Positions 14,253 to 27,249 of a stretch of 64,000 nucleotides of DNA are shown here, piece after piece (within the stretch, counting starts at the first letter, position 1; each line of letters opens with the position of its first letter). Below the pieces are notes generated by a model. It saw nothing but the letters and a program-made list of their open reading frames with translations. It searched no databases and was not told the DNA's origin. The position numbers and the translations under genes were made by a program. The DNA comes from the human T2T-CHM13v2.0 reference genome, Homo sapiens. The stretch lies in assembly GCF_009914755.1 (NCBI RefSeq), contig NC_060944.1. One strand, written 5' to 3'.

Positions 14253-14964
14253 GCCACGACTTCCATCTTTCAAATTTCTGTTGCATGACTAGTGATTTAT
14301 TCAGCTCTGCTCTCCAGCTATGTCTAATATCTGTTGAGTTTTAGATATTAGTGACTGTATTTTTCATTTCTAGATTTTTAAAATTTAAATCCACCATTTC
14401 TTTCTTTCATAGTATTTTGTTCTTTCATAATGGAGTATCTTAATTCTTTACTCCCTGTAATTCTTCAATTTTTCCAAGTTCTTGGATAGATCGGTTATCT
14501 TTGTTGTGTATGCTGGTTCTCTGTTACAATGCAGCTTTTCTTCATCTAGGTTAGAATTTTTAATTTTCATTTTATCTTCAGCTGATGAGGCTATGTATTG
14601 TGACAGTTTTATGTAACTTTGGTTACAAAAACTCATCCCTACAGACCAATTTTCCTCAGCCTGAATGCAAATGTTATGTTCATTTTGGTTTGGAATTTCT
14701 GCCCCGTAGATGAAGTGCAAACTTGAACTCTGTATTCTGGATGGTGTAGACTTGGGTTAGAATTTCTAGCGAGGCTTGGCTTCTTTATTCAGAGCCAAGC
14801 AGTGCCGGGTCTCTTGCTGTTTACCTGTGCTGGTGGAAGTTCACTTGCTTGAGTGATATGTATGAGGAAGTTCAAGGCTTCATTTCAGGTTGCCCTTCAA
14901 TTACATACTCCTCCCACAAACAGCTCATAAGTATGATTTTGCAGTTTTCTTGTTAACCCTAAAT

Positions 14965-15463
14965 GAGTGGTTGTCCTTCTGGCTGCTTCGAAGGTTTTCT
15001 CTTTGTCTTTGGTAATCTTCATCTCACTGGGACGCATCTAGGAATGGGTATATATTTCATGTGTTTTCAACAGAGGATTTATTTGTATCCTCAATTTTGA
15101 AAAATTCAAAATGATTTCATTTTGAAGATTGCCTTTCTTCCATCTCTGTTATCTTCTCCTGTAACTTGTTTTGACTATACATTGGACTTCTCATTCTGTT
15201 GTTTATGTTTTGAAATTCTTCTGTTTATGTTTTGAAATTCAACTGAGGGCTATTTTGCCCCCCAGGAGACATTTTGTAATGTCTGGAGACATTTTTGGTT
15301 ATCCTCACCAAAAATGGAGAGGGTGCTAATGACAACTAGTGGGTGCAGGCTGAGCACTGCTGAACATCCTACAATGCCTAGGATACCCCTCCCCCCAACC
15401 ACACACACCACCCAAAGAGTGACCTGCCGTGGCATGTCAATTGTGCAAGGCTGAGCAGCCCTG
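14965..15463 (+). mobile_element. MER20 copy 2, with its 5' terminus split by an inserted duplicate
   Basis: gagtggtt [insert] caactgagggctattttgccccccaggagacattttgtaatgtctggagac...gctgagcagccctg; flanks ccctaaat/ctctagac. Confidence 0.85.
14972..15240 (+). repeat. Local direct duplication, copy B, plus a ~20-bp re-iteration
   Basis: Copy of 14006-14252 followed by a second tgtttatgttttgaaattc. Confidence 0.95.
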
Positions 15464-15570
15464 CTCTAGACCAGAAGCCCACTGAGGACAGGGACTTGGT
15501 CATACTGGTGCAACTCTGTATCCTCTTTGCCCATTTTACTGCTTGGTAACTAGTAGTTACTCAGTAAATT
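15464..15570 (+). mobile_element. L2 3' end fragment
   Basis: ctagaccagaagcccactgaggacagggac...tagttactcagtaaat. Confidence 0.6.
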
Positions 15571-16539
15571 TTGCAATGTATCAAACAAGCATTAACCTTC
15601 AAAGCCATTATTGCCAATGTGACAGGTTGAATATAGTATCTTGTTTTAATTTTTATTTACTGAATTACTGGAGAGGCAAAGGTTTCTGGTTTTTACATGT
15701 TTATTGATCATGATCACCTATATTTCTTCTTTTGTGAACCAACCCTTTTTTCCTTTGCTTACATGAATGTACTAATGCCTATTCAACTCTCTGTTAATAT
15801 AGTTGGGGTTATGAATAGTAATGAGATTATTTGAGGAAAAAAACCCATGGATAGTATATAACACTGGACAAATAGAGACCTTATTATCATTTTATGCTGC
15901 CCAAGCAGCCTGCCCTTAGGAAAAAGTCCAAGGTGCTTTATACAGGCTGCTCACTGCACAAGAGGGCAAGGGGAGCGCCAAAATCCACCCAGCACTCTGC
16001 CCTCTCAGATGCCAAACGGTCACCAGGTTGGTGTGCCTGGAGCAGAGCCTCCTATCTCTGTTTGCATTTGCCCTTCAACGGTGTGATAGCTTGAGCATAT
16101 CTTGGTACTTTTCAAAATGCATTCATACATGTGGTTTATTTTGGTCCTTACATAACCCTGTAAGAATGCTTGGGGTTGCTCTTTCTGGCAGGTGAGGATC
16201 CAAGCTGGTTGCACCTCAGAGACGCTGGCAGTTTCAGAGGGCAGATACTTGGATGCTGCTTCTGCACCCCTGCACTGTGTCTCTTCCCCAGGGCCTAGCA
16301 TTAAAGGAGTCTCGGGGGGAACCTCTGCTGGGTGAGCCTCCTTTCAGCACGCAGAACCTAAGCTTCACATGGACCGATGGGACTGCATTTGTGAAAGGAG
16401 AGGACCTTTATTCTCAAAGAGATCAACCTCGCCTGAATGTAAGCAGGTCTTGGGGAACTCCTGTGGTTCTCTCTTTTCAAGGTTTTCCATGAGACACAGT
16501 CCAGCAACACAAGAGGTAACCATATCTACATGACCCTCG

Positions 16540-16680
16540 GAACCTTTGGGAGTGATGGATGCCTAAGAATCTCATGAAAACTGTGGACCAGGAAAATATA
16601 CCTGCTTTCAGGGGCTTCAGGGTCCCTGGAGAGTCTGTTCAGGCCTCTCTGGGCTCCAGGAGTCCTTGGTTAAAAGCTGC
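16540..16680. mobile_element. hAT-Charlie MITE remnant (MER103-like)
   Basis: agaatctcatgaaaactgtggacc...tttcaggggcttcagggtccctgga...ggttaa. Confidence 0.4.
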
Positions 16681-16789
16681 AACTTATACAAAATTTGATT
16701 TTCATGGTCATGTCAAGGGATGCCAGAAATCAACGTAAAATTACCCAGGTGGCTTGAGTGCCTGCAGATACCAAGTTCTGTGCTCTTCC

Positions 16790-17115
16790 CACTTCTGCAT
16801 CTTTGCATCTTTGCACATGCTGTGCCTTTCAAGGGAAATGCACCTGCCTGTTTTGAAGACTCGTATTGACAGCTCAGATGTCACTGTCTCTATCACGGAT
16901 CTCCCTGGGGGCAGGGTTGAGCATCACTTTCCAATTCCCACAGCCCTTCCTTCACATCCTTTTCACTGTACTCAGAGTTCTAGTTATTTGCTTATATATT
17001 TGTTTTTCCAAGTAGACCGTGAGATGCTTACTAGCAGGAATCATGTCTTAGTTTTCTTGACTTGCCTTTGTTAGCCCTGTTTGCAGCCTGAAATATAGTT
17101 ACATAACAAGTGTTG
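16790..17115 (+). mobile_element. L2 3' region
   Basis: ctttgcacatgctgtgcct...ctcagatgtcact...tagaccgtgagatgctt...gcaggaatcatgtctt. Confidence 0.7.
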
Positions 17116-17869
17116 CAAAAATGGCAAAGTGCAATAAAGCATGGGGTTTTCATCAATTAAAAGGGTGTAGGAGACAGGAGATTCGTACAAGTGACCCTTA
17201 TGTCTACGTATTGGGACAAGATTATATGTACCTGTTGGGCAGGTATCCAGTGCCTAGTCAGCACAGATGATTTGTGACTCTTCTTAAAAAAATCATTTCC
17301 TCCAAATACTGTAGACTTCTCTCAAATCAAACTCTACAAACTCTAATTCAAGAAGCACCAGCCAACCTGTTCCCTGACAGATGGGTGTGGCTTGAGCTTG
17401 GGCAATGTCAGCTTCTGTAGGCGCCCACATGGGACAAATGGCCCATGTCTGGGACAGTGCCCAGCATCTGGAGCTATGTTGGCCCTTTGAAGATTCATCT
17501 CAATGTCCCTGAACTGCTGGGGAGGAAACAGCAATGGTGTTAAGTTGTCTGGTATGAATTACTGCTGCAAATAAATCTGACAAACCAACGGTCATGGTGA
17601 GAAGAATTGCCTCAGACACACACTGTCAGCCTGCTGGGTTAACCTCCATCTTTAAGTGGGAGGAAAAACAAGCATAACTATCTCTAAGAACAGAAGGAAA
17701 AAATCCTTCACTGGAGGTCTCTGTCCAAACGCTATGACTCAATGGTTCTATCCAGACTTATCACCCTGGGGAACCTGGAGAGATCCATTTCCTGTGAGAG
17801 AGAAAGAGAACTGAATTCCAGCCATTCCTTCCCCACCACCTCCTTCTCTTCTTCCTTACTGGCACCATT

Positions 17870-20050
17870 CATCTATATGATAGTGTAGCCTTTTCTTGCT
17901 CATCTTTCTTTCCCATGCCATACAATATTCTCTAAAACATTTGTTCATAGCTGCATAGCATGCCTTCAAATGGTGGTGCCCTAATTTGGATACCACTCCT
18001 TTATTCTTGGGCTCCTAAGTTTTTTTCTCAATATTCACCATTGTAACTATCACATCTCTGACATCCTTGTTCTTAATTTGCCTTCATCTGAGATTATTTT
18101 TCGGGATACTTTCCTGCAAGTTTGCTATATAAGTAACATCAAATTACTCTCCATGGTGAAATCTACTAATTTATGCTCCCTGGCCCGATGGGTTTTCCAT
18201 TCCACCTTTCCTTGATCACCAAACATCATTACAGCTTTCAAAATATCTCCCAAGCTTCTAAGTGAGAAATGGAATGTTGCTATAGAATTCTTTCCATTTC
18301 TGGTAACTTCAAACATTTGTATCTTCTTTCGTGATTACCTAATCACATCTTTTAACCATCTTTTTATTGAGGTGCTTCTCACTTTCTTATTTAGAAGATC
18401 TCTTTGGGTATTAAGAATATTATGCACATATAATGCAGATAGTTTCTCCAAGTTATTACTTCCCATTTGACCCTGCAATCACTCATACTCATGGATTCTA
18501 TTTTGGTGCAAGCCGCCAGTAGGGATCCAACTTTGTTTTATTATAAATGATCTCACATCTGTTGAATTAACCACTTCGTGTTAATTTTAAAAATAATTTT
18601 ACTATTATTTTAACTGACATATTATAATTATATACAGTTGTGGAGTACAATTTGATGTTTGGGTATACGTATACAACATAGGCTGATTCAATCAACCAAA
18701 TTAACATACCCGTCACCTTGTGCCATTCATTTTTAATGTCATTCTTATCACACACAATTCATGGGTTTGCTTCTAAGTTTTGAATCTGTCCTGGTGATAT
18801 TTGTGATTATTTCTGGATAATAAGAGACTATTTTAACTTACTGTTCATATTTTGTTAAGACAATCCACCTCTGCGCTTCCCCTCCCTCCCTTTCTCCTTC
18901 TCTTGTTTTATCCCTCCTTCCCTTTCTCTCTCTCTCTCTCATAACTTTTTGGCTGACTTTATCCACTTTTTCATCTTGAAAAACTTTAAAATCATATTGT
19001 TAAGATTCAAAAAGCCTTACATAAGAACTTTCATTGGAATTTCACTAAATTTAAAGTTTGATATTTTTACGACATCAGACCTTCTCACTTAAGACTATGA
19101 TGCCCTCTCCATTTCTTCATTGTCTTTTATATTTCTCAGTACAGTGCTATAATATTTTTATGAAGTCCTGTACGTTTCTTTTTGAGATTAGCCTGAGGTA
19201 TGTTACGTTTTTGTGGCCATTATCCCTGGAATCTTTATTTTATTTTTTTAACTGGTTATTGTGGGTAAAGACACGCATTGATTTTCTATTTATTAATAGG
19301 TGATTTAATGAGCCCTTGTTACGTATCTCAGTAGCTCTTCTGTTTTCCAGGTAGACTTTTTTCTGTATGGTAGTAATAATCATCATCTCTATTTTTCTAA
19401 CAGATCATTTTAGGATGCTTAATTACTTTTGATAGAACAATGACAAATACAAAGCTTATGGGGATTCTTACCTTTATATAGACAATAATGGTATGCTTCA
19501 AGTGGTACTGCCTAAAGATAGATAGTCTTTACCATGACAGCAACTTTCTTCTGATTTGAGTTTATTAGGAAAATGTGTCAGAAAAGAATGTTGAATATTA
19601 TCAGATGCCTTTCTATGCCTACATCCATGTAGAAGGTGATGACAGGATTTTCCCATGTAACCTCTAATAAGATGCATTATTCTAGTTATATAAGTACTTC
19701 TGTCAGTATTCCTTTTATCTTTAACTTTTCTTTATCACTTTATGCTGGAGTGTCTTTTAGACATATATAATTGGATATATATGTACCTGTAGGAGATATT
19801 TTATCATTTGATAGAAAGTTTAACACATTTACATTTTTGTTGCAATGGATATGATATACTTGATCTTCTTCTTGTCATTCTATTTCCGTATTCTGTATTT
19901 ATGCCTCTTTTTTTCTTTGCTGTATGGATTATATTGCCTTTAATCATTTCTTAGTAATCTTGAAGACATATGTCCATTTTTATGGCCATGAATAGTTACC
20001 TTTAAGTGTTAAGAAAACACCTAAACTTCTGTTTATCTGTAGTTATCAGT
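17870..20050 (-). mobile_element. Highly decayed L1M fragments
   Basis: T-rich with L1 antisense motifs (ctaagtgagaaatgg...; cattggaatttcactaaattta; agaatgttgaatattatcagatgcctttct). Confidence 0.5.
18600..18720 (-). mobile_element. L1MA 3' terminal fragment
   Basis: ttttaactgacatatt...tggagtacaatttgatgttt..gtatacgtatacaa...aattaacatacccgtcacct. Confidence 0.7.
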
Positions 20051-20102
20051 ATAAAGAAGAATAAATATCCATTGTATCCCCTTCACATAATACAAGGGAC
20101 AC

Positions 20103-20455
20103 ACAGTTAAGAATGTTTTGGCTAAACAAACAAACAACAACAACAACAAAAACAAAGCTGTGCTCAATGTATCTTAAATAATTAAAGGCTTATTTCTCTA
20201 AAATGACAAGAAATCTGAACATAGTCAGTTCTTGGCATTGGTTTAGTAGATCAACAATATAAGAGTCAACATCTTTGCAAATCTCTTCCTCGTGGTAATA
20301 AAATGGCTGCTCCAGTTCCAGACATCATATTGACATTCAAGGCAGTAAGAATAAGGGAAGATCTGTGCCAGCCATCTCTATCCCAGGACCCAATACCTAG
20401 AAGACTTCACTTAACATCTCATTGGCCAGAACTCTGGCACATGCCCCTCCCCACA
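20103..20455 (-). mobile_element. Old MaLR LTR (MLT1K-like)
   Basis: aaaatggctgctccagttccagacatca...agacttcacttaacatctcattggccagaact. Confidence 0.65.
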
Positions 20456-21339
20456 AACACAGAGGGCACTCAGAGAGGGAGCATCTCTTCTGCCTGGATG
20501 GTATAGGTGAAAAGAAAGGTGTGCCAGCCTCAGGAGAATTAGCACCTGTGAACTCTTCCCACTTCAATGTCCTCTGTAGGGACTTTCCTACAAAATAAAT
20601 ATTTTCCTTTACAAATTATAGCATTGCATTATCAGTTAAACTGAAGGATAATATAGCATTTTCCCAGTGCATAGTAGGTAGTTCAAAAACATTAGTCAAA
20701 CCATTTTTTCAGCTTATTCATGAATCACCTACCTTTGAATGGCTCTGCTTAAATTGCCAAATTCTGTATCTTTTATTATGTGATCTCATTTTTTATCTGC
20801 ATTCCATTCCAACATGATTGCCTTTTTCTATTCCAAGTAATAACAAAATACATTTTCTTTCAAATAATTTGTATTGAGTTATCTATGAAAAAAGCTCCTT
20901 CAATGAAAAATAGACATAAATGCTGTCACAGCATCAGGAATAAGTAAGCAGATATCTACCTGTATGGTATTGCTCTCTGATGTTCTAATGCTTTTGTATT
21001 TAGATACTTGATCTGTAGTTTAGTTAACTCATTTATGGCTTTAGAGAATTTCTGGTTTAGTACAGAGATGTCAGGGGAATTCCGGTTGCAGAGTGTTGAC
21101 TGAGATGGTCTTTCTGCTTTCCTCATACCACTTACAGTATGACTACTTGTATAATGAAATATGCTTTCTTCAAGGCTGGATGTTTCCCTGCAAAGCCTGG
21201 CATGCTTAGATTTATTTGTGTTGGAAAGTTTATGCAATTATATACACAGTTGTAACTTAAATAGACATGAATCCACTGAAGTTAGTTTTAGAAACTATCC
21301 AAAATTAATGCATTTTTGTGGTGCTTTAGAAAGTACTTA

Positions 21340-21530
21340 AAATTCAGGCTCTTTGGGTTCAAACCCTGGGTCTTCCACCATAAGATATATAGCTTGAGCT
21401 AGGCAGTCATTCTTTTTGGGCCTTATTTTATAAAATTTATAAATTTTGATAAATTCAATTACAAAATCAAGTTGGTATATTACAGGATTATTGTGAAGAT
21501 TAGGAGTCATATGAAAGGGCTCAGAATACC
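21340..21530 (+). mobile_element. MIR fragment
   Basis: tttgggttcaaaccctgg...caggattattgtgaagatta. Confidence 0.5.
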
Positions 21531-22239
21531 GAATGAATATTTTAACTTACTAAGTCATTTTAACCTTGGTAAGTGTCTTCTTTCTTGGTAAATCTTCAAC
21601 TCAAGTTCGGATGAACAGGAAAAATGAAAGCTTTAACTCTGGGGAAATTCTATCATGCTCAGCTCTGCTCCTCAAGCACTGCAGCAGGAACTCTGTTTCT
21701 TTTCATTGCATGCTGTCCAGGTGCATTTGTACCAAATAAAATGGTCATGGTGCCCCTCATAGCCATTGTCTTGCAGCTGGTAGAGCACTTCCTAAAAGAC
21801 CAGGTGTAAGGAACAGCGTGGGTATCTTGTGTGCCTGGTGAGGAGTGCCTATGAGATCTGGGATGGACACTACCCAAGAACAGCCCAACCTGAGTGGACT
21901 GGCATGATGGGTTCTGCTCAGCAGGGAGTGGGAACCTAAATATCAGATGGGGTCACCCCGCCTCTTGAGTTCTTGACAAAATTATCTCAAGAACAGATAA
22001 GAAACCTGATGCCCTCCCCCTATCTCCACCAGTTCCCGGGGGCTGCCAGTTCTTGACTCCAGCCTCCAGCCTCCAGCTTCTACCCAGTTGACAGTTTTTG
22101 CGGCCCTGCAGCATTCCTGCCTATGCTGCTCAGGTTTGTATCACTTGGGCCTGGGTGTATGACTCAGTCTCTTTCCTCAACGATCACAACATAACTTCTT
22201 CCAGGCTGTCATGAAGGCAACTTCTTCACAATTCAGTGT

Positions 22240-22625
22240 CCTGGCTCTCTGCAGCTGAGTACAAACTATACAAGATATAGTGGCCGAAAGCATCAACAAC
22301 TGTTAATGTTGCTCATGAATCTCCAAGATGCTTCACTCATATGGCTGGAGAATTGAGGCTGGGAGGTCAGACAGGGCTATTAGTCAGGGCCTTGATTCCT
22401 CTTCAGGCAGATGTCTCCTCTCTGTGGGGCTGCTTGGGCTCCCTAACAGCATGGGGGCTGACTTCTAAGAACGGAGATTCCAAGACACAGAAAGCAGAAG
22501 TGCCAAGTGTCGGAAGTCTAGACGTGGACTCAGAAGCCAGCAGAGCCAACATCACCTGCTCTTTATTCTGCTGGCTGGGCAGCCAGAGAGCCTGCACAGG
22601 TTCATGGGGGACCCTCACTCTCAGC
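22240..22625 (-). mobile_element. MaLR LTR (MLT1F/H-like)
   Basis: ttgctcatgaatct...cttcactcatatggctgg...gggctgcttgggctccctaacagcatgg...catcacctgctctttattctgctgg. Confidence 0.65.
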
Positions 22626-23092
22626 AGGTCGCAAATGAACTTGACATCATCGCTAGTTTGCTACATTTAGGAAGTCACGGGGAGATTTTACAGCTCTGCA
22701 TCCTGACAGCTGCCAACTGAATGTCAGACATTCTGAGTCTCAGAAGTCCCTCAGTGAACCATCCTGTCTGTGTGGCCATCCCTGGCCCTCTCTTTTCTCC
22801 CATTTTCAGCCCATTGCTCCTCTGTCTCTCTCACCTCTGTGTTTCTGTTCCCTTCTCATGCACAGCAATTTCATGACCATTTTCACTCCTTCATGTTCAT
22901 TCACCAAATTTCAGGGTCTCACCTACCCGTGTGGCTTTGTAAGATATTTTTTCTAAACAAAGACATATTTCTCCTTAAGAAAAGATAGTTACCAGCTCTT
23001 GGAATAACATTTTTTTACTACCTTGCTACAAAGAACATGTAATTAACTAAGTTAATCAAACTGAATCATGACCTGATATCCCCTAGGTCCTA

Positions 23093-23415
23093 TGCTAAGG
23101 TCTGAATGTTTGCATTCCCCGAAAAATTGCATGTTGAAACCTACCCGCCAATGTGATGGTATTTGGCGGTGGGGCCTCTGGGAGGTGATTAGGAATTAGT
23201 GCCTTCTTAAAAGAGGTCCCAGATAGCCCCCTTGTACCTGCCACCATGTGAGGTTACAGAGAGGAGGCAAGTCTGTGAGCCAGAAGCCAGGGCCCTCACC
23301 AGACGCTGCTTCTGCCACAGCTCTGATAGTGCGTGGCCAGCTTGCAGCCTGGGAGAAATGACTTTCTGTTGGTTATGAGCCACCCAGGCTATGGTGCAGC
23401 CTGGGTGGACAACGA
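23093..23415 (+). mobile_element. MLT1A/A0 solo LTR
   Basis: tgctaaggtctgaatgtttg...atgttgaaacc...aatgtgatggtatttggcggtggggcctctgggaggtgattagg...gccctcaccagac. Confidence 0.85.
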
Positions 23416-23724
23416 TGATTCTGCACTGCTCTGCCCTTCCTCTCTATCAATCCTCCCCACATCCTCTCTGCTCCAGACGTGCCTGGCCTCTCTGTCTTCC
23501 TCCAGGACTCCAGGCACACGCCACTCCGCCCCTGCATGACCACAAGGCCCCATCTCTCCCTTTCTTCTTGATTTTGTTTTAATACCAACTCATTGCCGAG
23601 GCTGTTGCTGGACATTTAACATGGTTTTACCCCACCTGGGGACTCTGTCTCTCCTGTGCGCAGTTGTATTCGATCCCCAGCCTTTGTTACCATACAGCGT
23701 GCTGGTGGTGCTTTGATTCAGTGG

Positions 23725-23830
23725 CGCTGTCTGTTTCCTGTGTGAGCAGGGGCTTTGCCTGCTTTGACAGCATCTTCAGCACCTGGAACAGTGCCTGGTG
23801 CACAGTGGGTGCTCACTAAATATTCAGAGG
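23725..23830 (+). mobile_element. L2 3' terminal fragment
   Basis: cagcacctggaacagtgcctggtgcacagtgggtgctcactaaatatt. Confidence 0.65.
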
Positions 23831-23894
23831 GTGAGTCTTACAGGAATGAACAAAAATATATTGGGAATTGGCCAGTAAGGGTTGCAAAGGCAAA

Positions 23895-24008
23895 TGTGGT
23901 GAACTATGGCTCCGGCTTGCCTGGGACTGAGGCATTTCCAAGGATGCAGGACTTCAAATGTTAAACCCAGGAAAGTCTCAGGCAAACCAGGACAAGTGGG
24001 TCACCCTA
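23895..24008. mobile_element. MER81-like hAT-Blackjack MITE
   Basis: ccggcttgcctgggactgagg...aggcaaaccaggacaagtgggtcacccta terminal inverted repeats. Confidence 0.75.
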
Positions 24009-25599
24009 ATGAGAACCCCCAAATGTCCTCAGAGAAATCAGGGTGCTGTAGCAATGACAGCGGGGTCTGGAGGGAAAGCCTGAGGGTGGTTGTCCCGTCT
24101 TGCATTTGGTCTGGACAGATCTAGGCTTCAATTCATAGCCACCTGCATCCTTGCCACGACTTAAGGCTGATCACACAGCCCAGCATCACAGTCTAACAAT
24201 GAAGGATGTGGCAGGTTGTTGTCTTGGAGGAAGGACCTGATTTCCAATTTATCTGAGCTGCTTGGAGCCCATGCTGCTTTACAGCATTGTTCAGAACTGA
24301 CGAGGACTCTGTCAACTCTCTTTTCTCTCTCTTCCTAAGCACTCTGCAGTGATATCTTCAAGCCCCTGGCTTCGCAGGGTGCAGCACACATCACAGACTC
24401 CTAACAAAATGCAAAACACAGAGCAGGCATGGCAGCTACACGAAAGGAGCGCCTCGTTCGAGGACTGCCCACCATGCGGGGCTGCAGTCACAGCACCGCC
24501 CCTGCTCTCTGAACCTGGCAGCAGCAAGAAAACATGACGTCTTGTCCTGGCTCACCTCTGATCAGAGTTGGGGGGATCTGACCGAGTCCTCTTGTTCTGT
24601 TGGGCAGAGACGTAGGGAACAAACCTAAGTAAACTTGAATGGAAACTGCGAAACTGCAGAGAGATGACATGTGCAAAGCAAGCCTCTTGAAGACTTGTGA
24701 GCAGGGAAGACCCTGGCACCTTTTTGAACTGCTTGGCTTAGGAAGATTTGCTTTGGCACAGCTTCTGTCAGAGCAGAGCAGGCTCCTGTATTGCCTGCTG
24801 GACCTGTGCCTTTTGGGCCGTGCAATTTGGTTCCACAATCCAGAGGCAGATTTTCAGACCATGCAATAAAACAAAGCGACATCATCAATGCCAAGCCCTG
24901 GTCTGCCCTGAGCCATGGCAGCGTTTCCGCTGAGCGAGCTGCCTTCCAAGGAGGATGCTCTCTGCTGTGCAGTGCTTACATCTGCTGTCACCAGCCGGCT
25001 CAGGGGTGACAACCAGTCACACTCCAGTGACTTCCTCCCATGTCCCTCCAAACATCTTTGGAGTGAAAGGGAGTCTCCAATTATATGCTTTCTTTTTCCT
25101 TTCCAAACCAAGACGATGTTCAGTAATTAATGGCATATTTTGAATATGCCAGGGAGATGTGCATTTTTCTCCAAGGAAGAGTGAAACAGCAGCACATGTA
25201 AATACAAACCGGAAGCCGGGGCTCCTTCCACACCAGCAGTCGGTAGACTTGCCATAAAGGAGTGGAGATTATTTTGCCCTGCTGAGAACAATCCTTTTTG
25301 TTCAAGGGGGAGAAAAGTTTTTGACAGTAGGTGCTGCTGCAGAGGCATCTCGGCAAGTCCTTTATTAAAATTTATTTCTCGTCTTTTATTAACGAGATTT
25401 GGTTCGGGGAGACTATCTTGTGGAATAATTAAACCCCTGCCTTTCAAGCCAGTTTTCAGCAGTGGGCTGGGATTTGGCAATGGGTGACTCAGCAGCAAAG
25501 AGGACAGGAAACAGTCAAGAGACAAACAGTGCAGATGTGTGCCGGGGTCCACATTTCCCCTGTGGGTGGTCCCTGCCCCAGCATCTCTACGTTGTCCCA

Positions 25600-25785
25600 G
25601 CTAAGAATATGGTCTTTGGAGTCCTACTAACGTGGATTTAAATCTGATCTCCACCCCTTCCTCCTGTGTGACCTTGAGAAAGCCTCAGTTTTTCCATCTG
25701 TAAAATGAAGAAATTGTTACGGGGGAATCAAATGAGATAATCCTTGCAGAATCCAGCACACAGCCACCTACACATGGTAAGTCTC
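25600..25785 (+). mobile_element. MIR
   Basis: ggtctttggagtc...ctgtgtgaccttgagaaagcctcagtttttccatctgtaaaatg. Confidence 0.8.
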
Positions 25786-25954
25786 AGCGCAGACATCCTT
25801 TCAAGTTGTGTTGCTGATAGATAAAGTCTCTCTGAGATCCGCCGATCTGCAGTCTTCTGAGGCCATGGCTTGACCATGCTGCCCTTCTACTGTAGAATGA
25901 ATGTTTTCCTGCAGATCCAAGCTCTCACTATGTTTAATCAAATTTAACCCATAG

Positions 25955-26410
25955 AATATTCACAGCAACATTATTCATAATAATGCAAAAGTGGAAACAA
26001 CCCAAACACACATGAACTGATGAATGGATAAACAAAATGTAGTATATCCGTACTTACTATATATGGGATATTATTATCTGGTGATAAAAAGGAATAAAGT
26101 CCTGATACCTACTACAACATGGGTGAACCTTAAAACATCATGCTAAAAGAAAGAAGCCAGACAAAAAAGGCCATATACTATGTGATTCCTTTCATATGAA
26201 ATGTCCAGGATAGGGCAGTCTGTAGAGACAGAAAGCAGATTAGTGGTTGACAAAGAGCTGGGGAAAGTGGAAATGGAGAATGACTGCTGATAGCTATGAG
26301 CTTCCATTTTAGAATGGCGAAAGCATCCTAAAATTAGATGATGAGGATGCTTACACAACTGTGTCAATATAACAGAAAGTATTAAAATGTTTATTTTGAA
26401 CAAGTAAATG
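25955..26410 (+). mobile_element. L1MB/L1ME 3' region
   Basis: cagcaacattattcataata...gtggaaacaacccaaa...gatgaatggataaacaaaatgt...gagacagaaagcagattagtggttg. Confidence 0.88.
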
Positions 26411-26864
26411 CTTATGTTGTGTAAATGAAATCTTAAAGCCATTAGTATAGCTGATGATGAATACTTGTCCTTCAGTGTCCATTTGTGCACATAGAGTGCC
26501 ATGTTCACTTTTATATAGAATGCATGCATTTATGTATATTGTATACAATGTAGGCATTTGTAGGCATGGTCTTTTTGTTTTCACTTGCATGGACTACTGA
26601 ATCTGAGGGCAGGACCTTTGTGTGCTTAGAAACTCTTGATTGATCTGTGGGTCCCACCCACAGATGGAGGCCAATTTTAACTTGTCAACTGCTCAGAAGC
26701 AAGACAGAAAATTATCAAAGAGACTTGCACCATGAATACTTACTCAGGATAGATTAAGACAGTGGCTCCCAGATGCTAATCTGTGGATTGGTAGCATTTT
26801 TAGTGATGAAGTGTCTAAAAATTAGAACCAAGTGATTAATAGTATTGTCTCAATATGAATTTAT

Positions 26865-26992
26865 TAGTTTTGACAGCCATACTATGATTATGTAAGATGT
26901 CATCATTACAGGAAGCCAGGTAAAGGATATATAGAAACTCTCTATTTTTGCAACTTTTCTGTAAATATACTTTTTTTCTACAATAAAAGTTT
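26865..26992 (+). mobile_element. L1MC/MD 3' terminal fragment
   Basis: ttatgtaagatgtcatcatta...gaaactctctatttttgcaacttttctgtaaat...aataaaagttt. Confidence 0.7.
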
Positions 26993-27249
26993 ACTTACAC
27001 AATCTACTACCCCCCAAAAAATCCAAAAACCCAAACTAACAACAGTGACAAAATAAAGACAAAGACAGAAAGACCTTGGCAGTAACTTAAAATAAAAAAC
27101 TCTCTTCTATTCTAAAATGATCATCTTGATATTGGTAACGTTAAATGTTCCTTTTATGGAGAGGCATTAAATGGAATTTGCATTTATTCTTTTCCAACTT
27201 GACAACATAAAAGGTGACAATTCTATGTCTCCAGAGTTGTAGCAGATGC

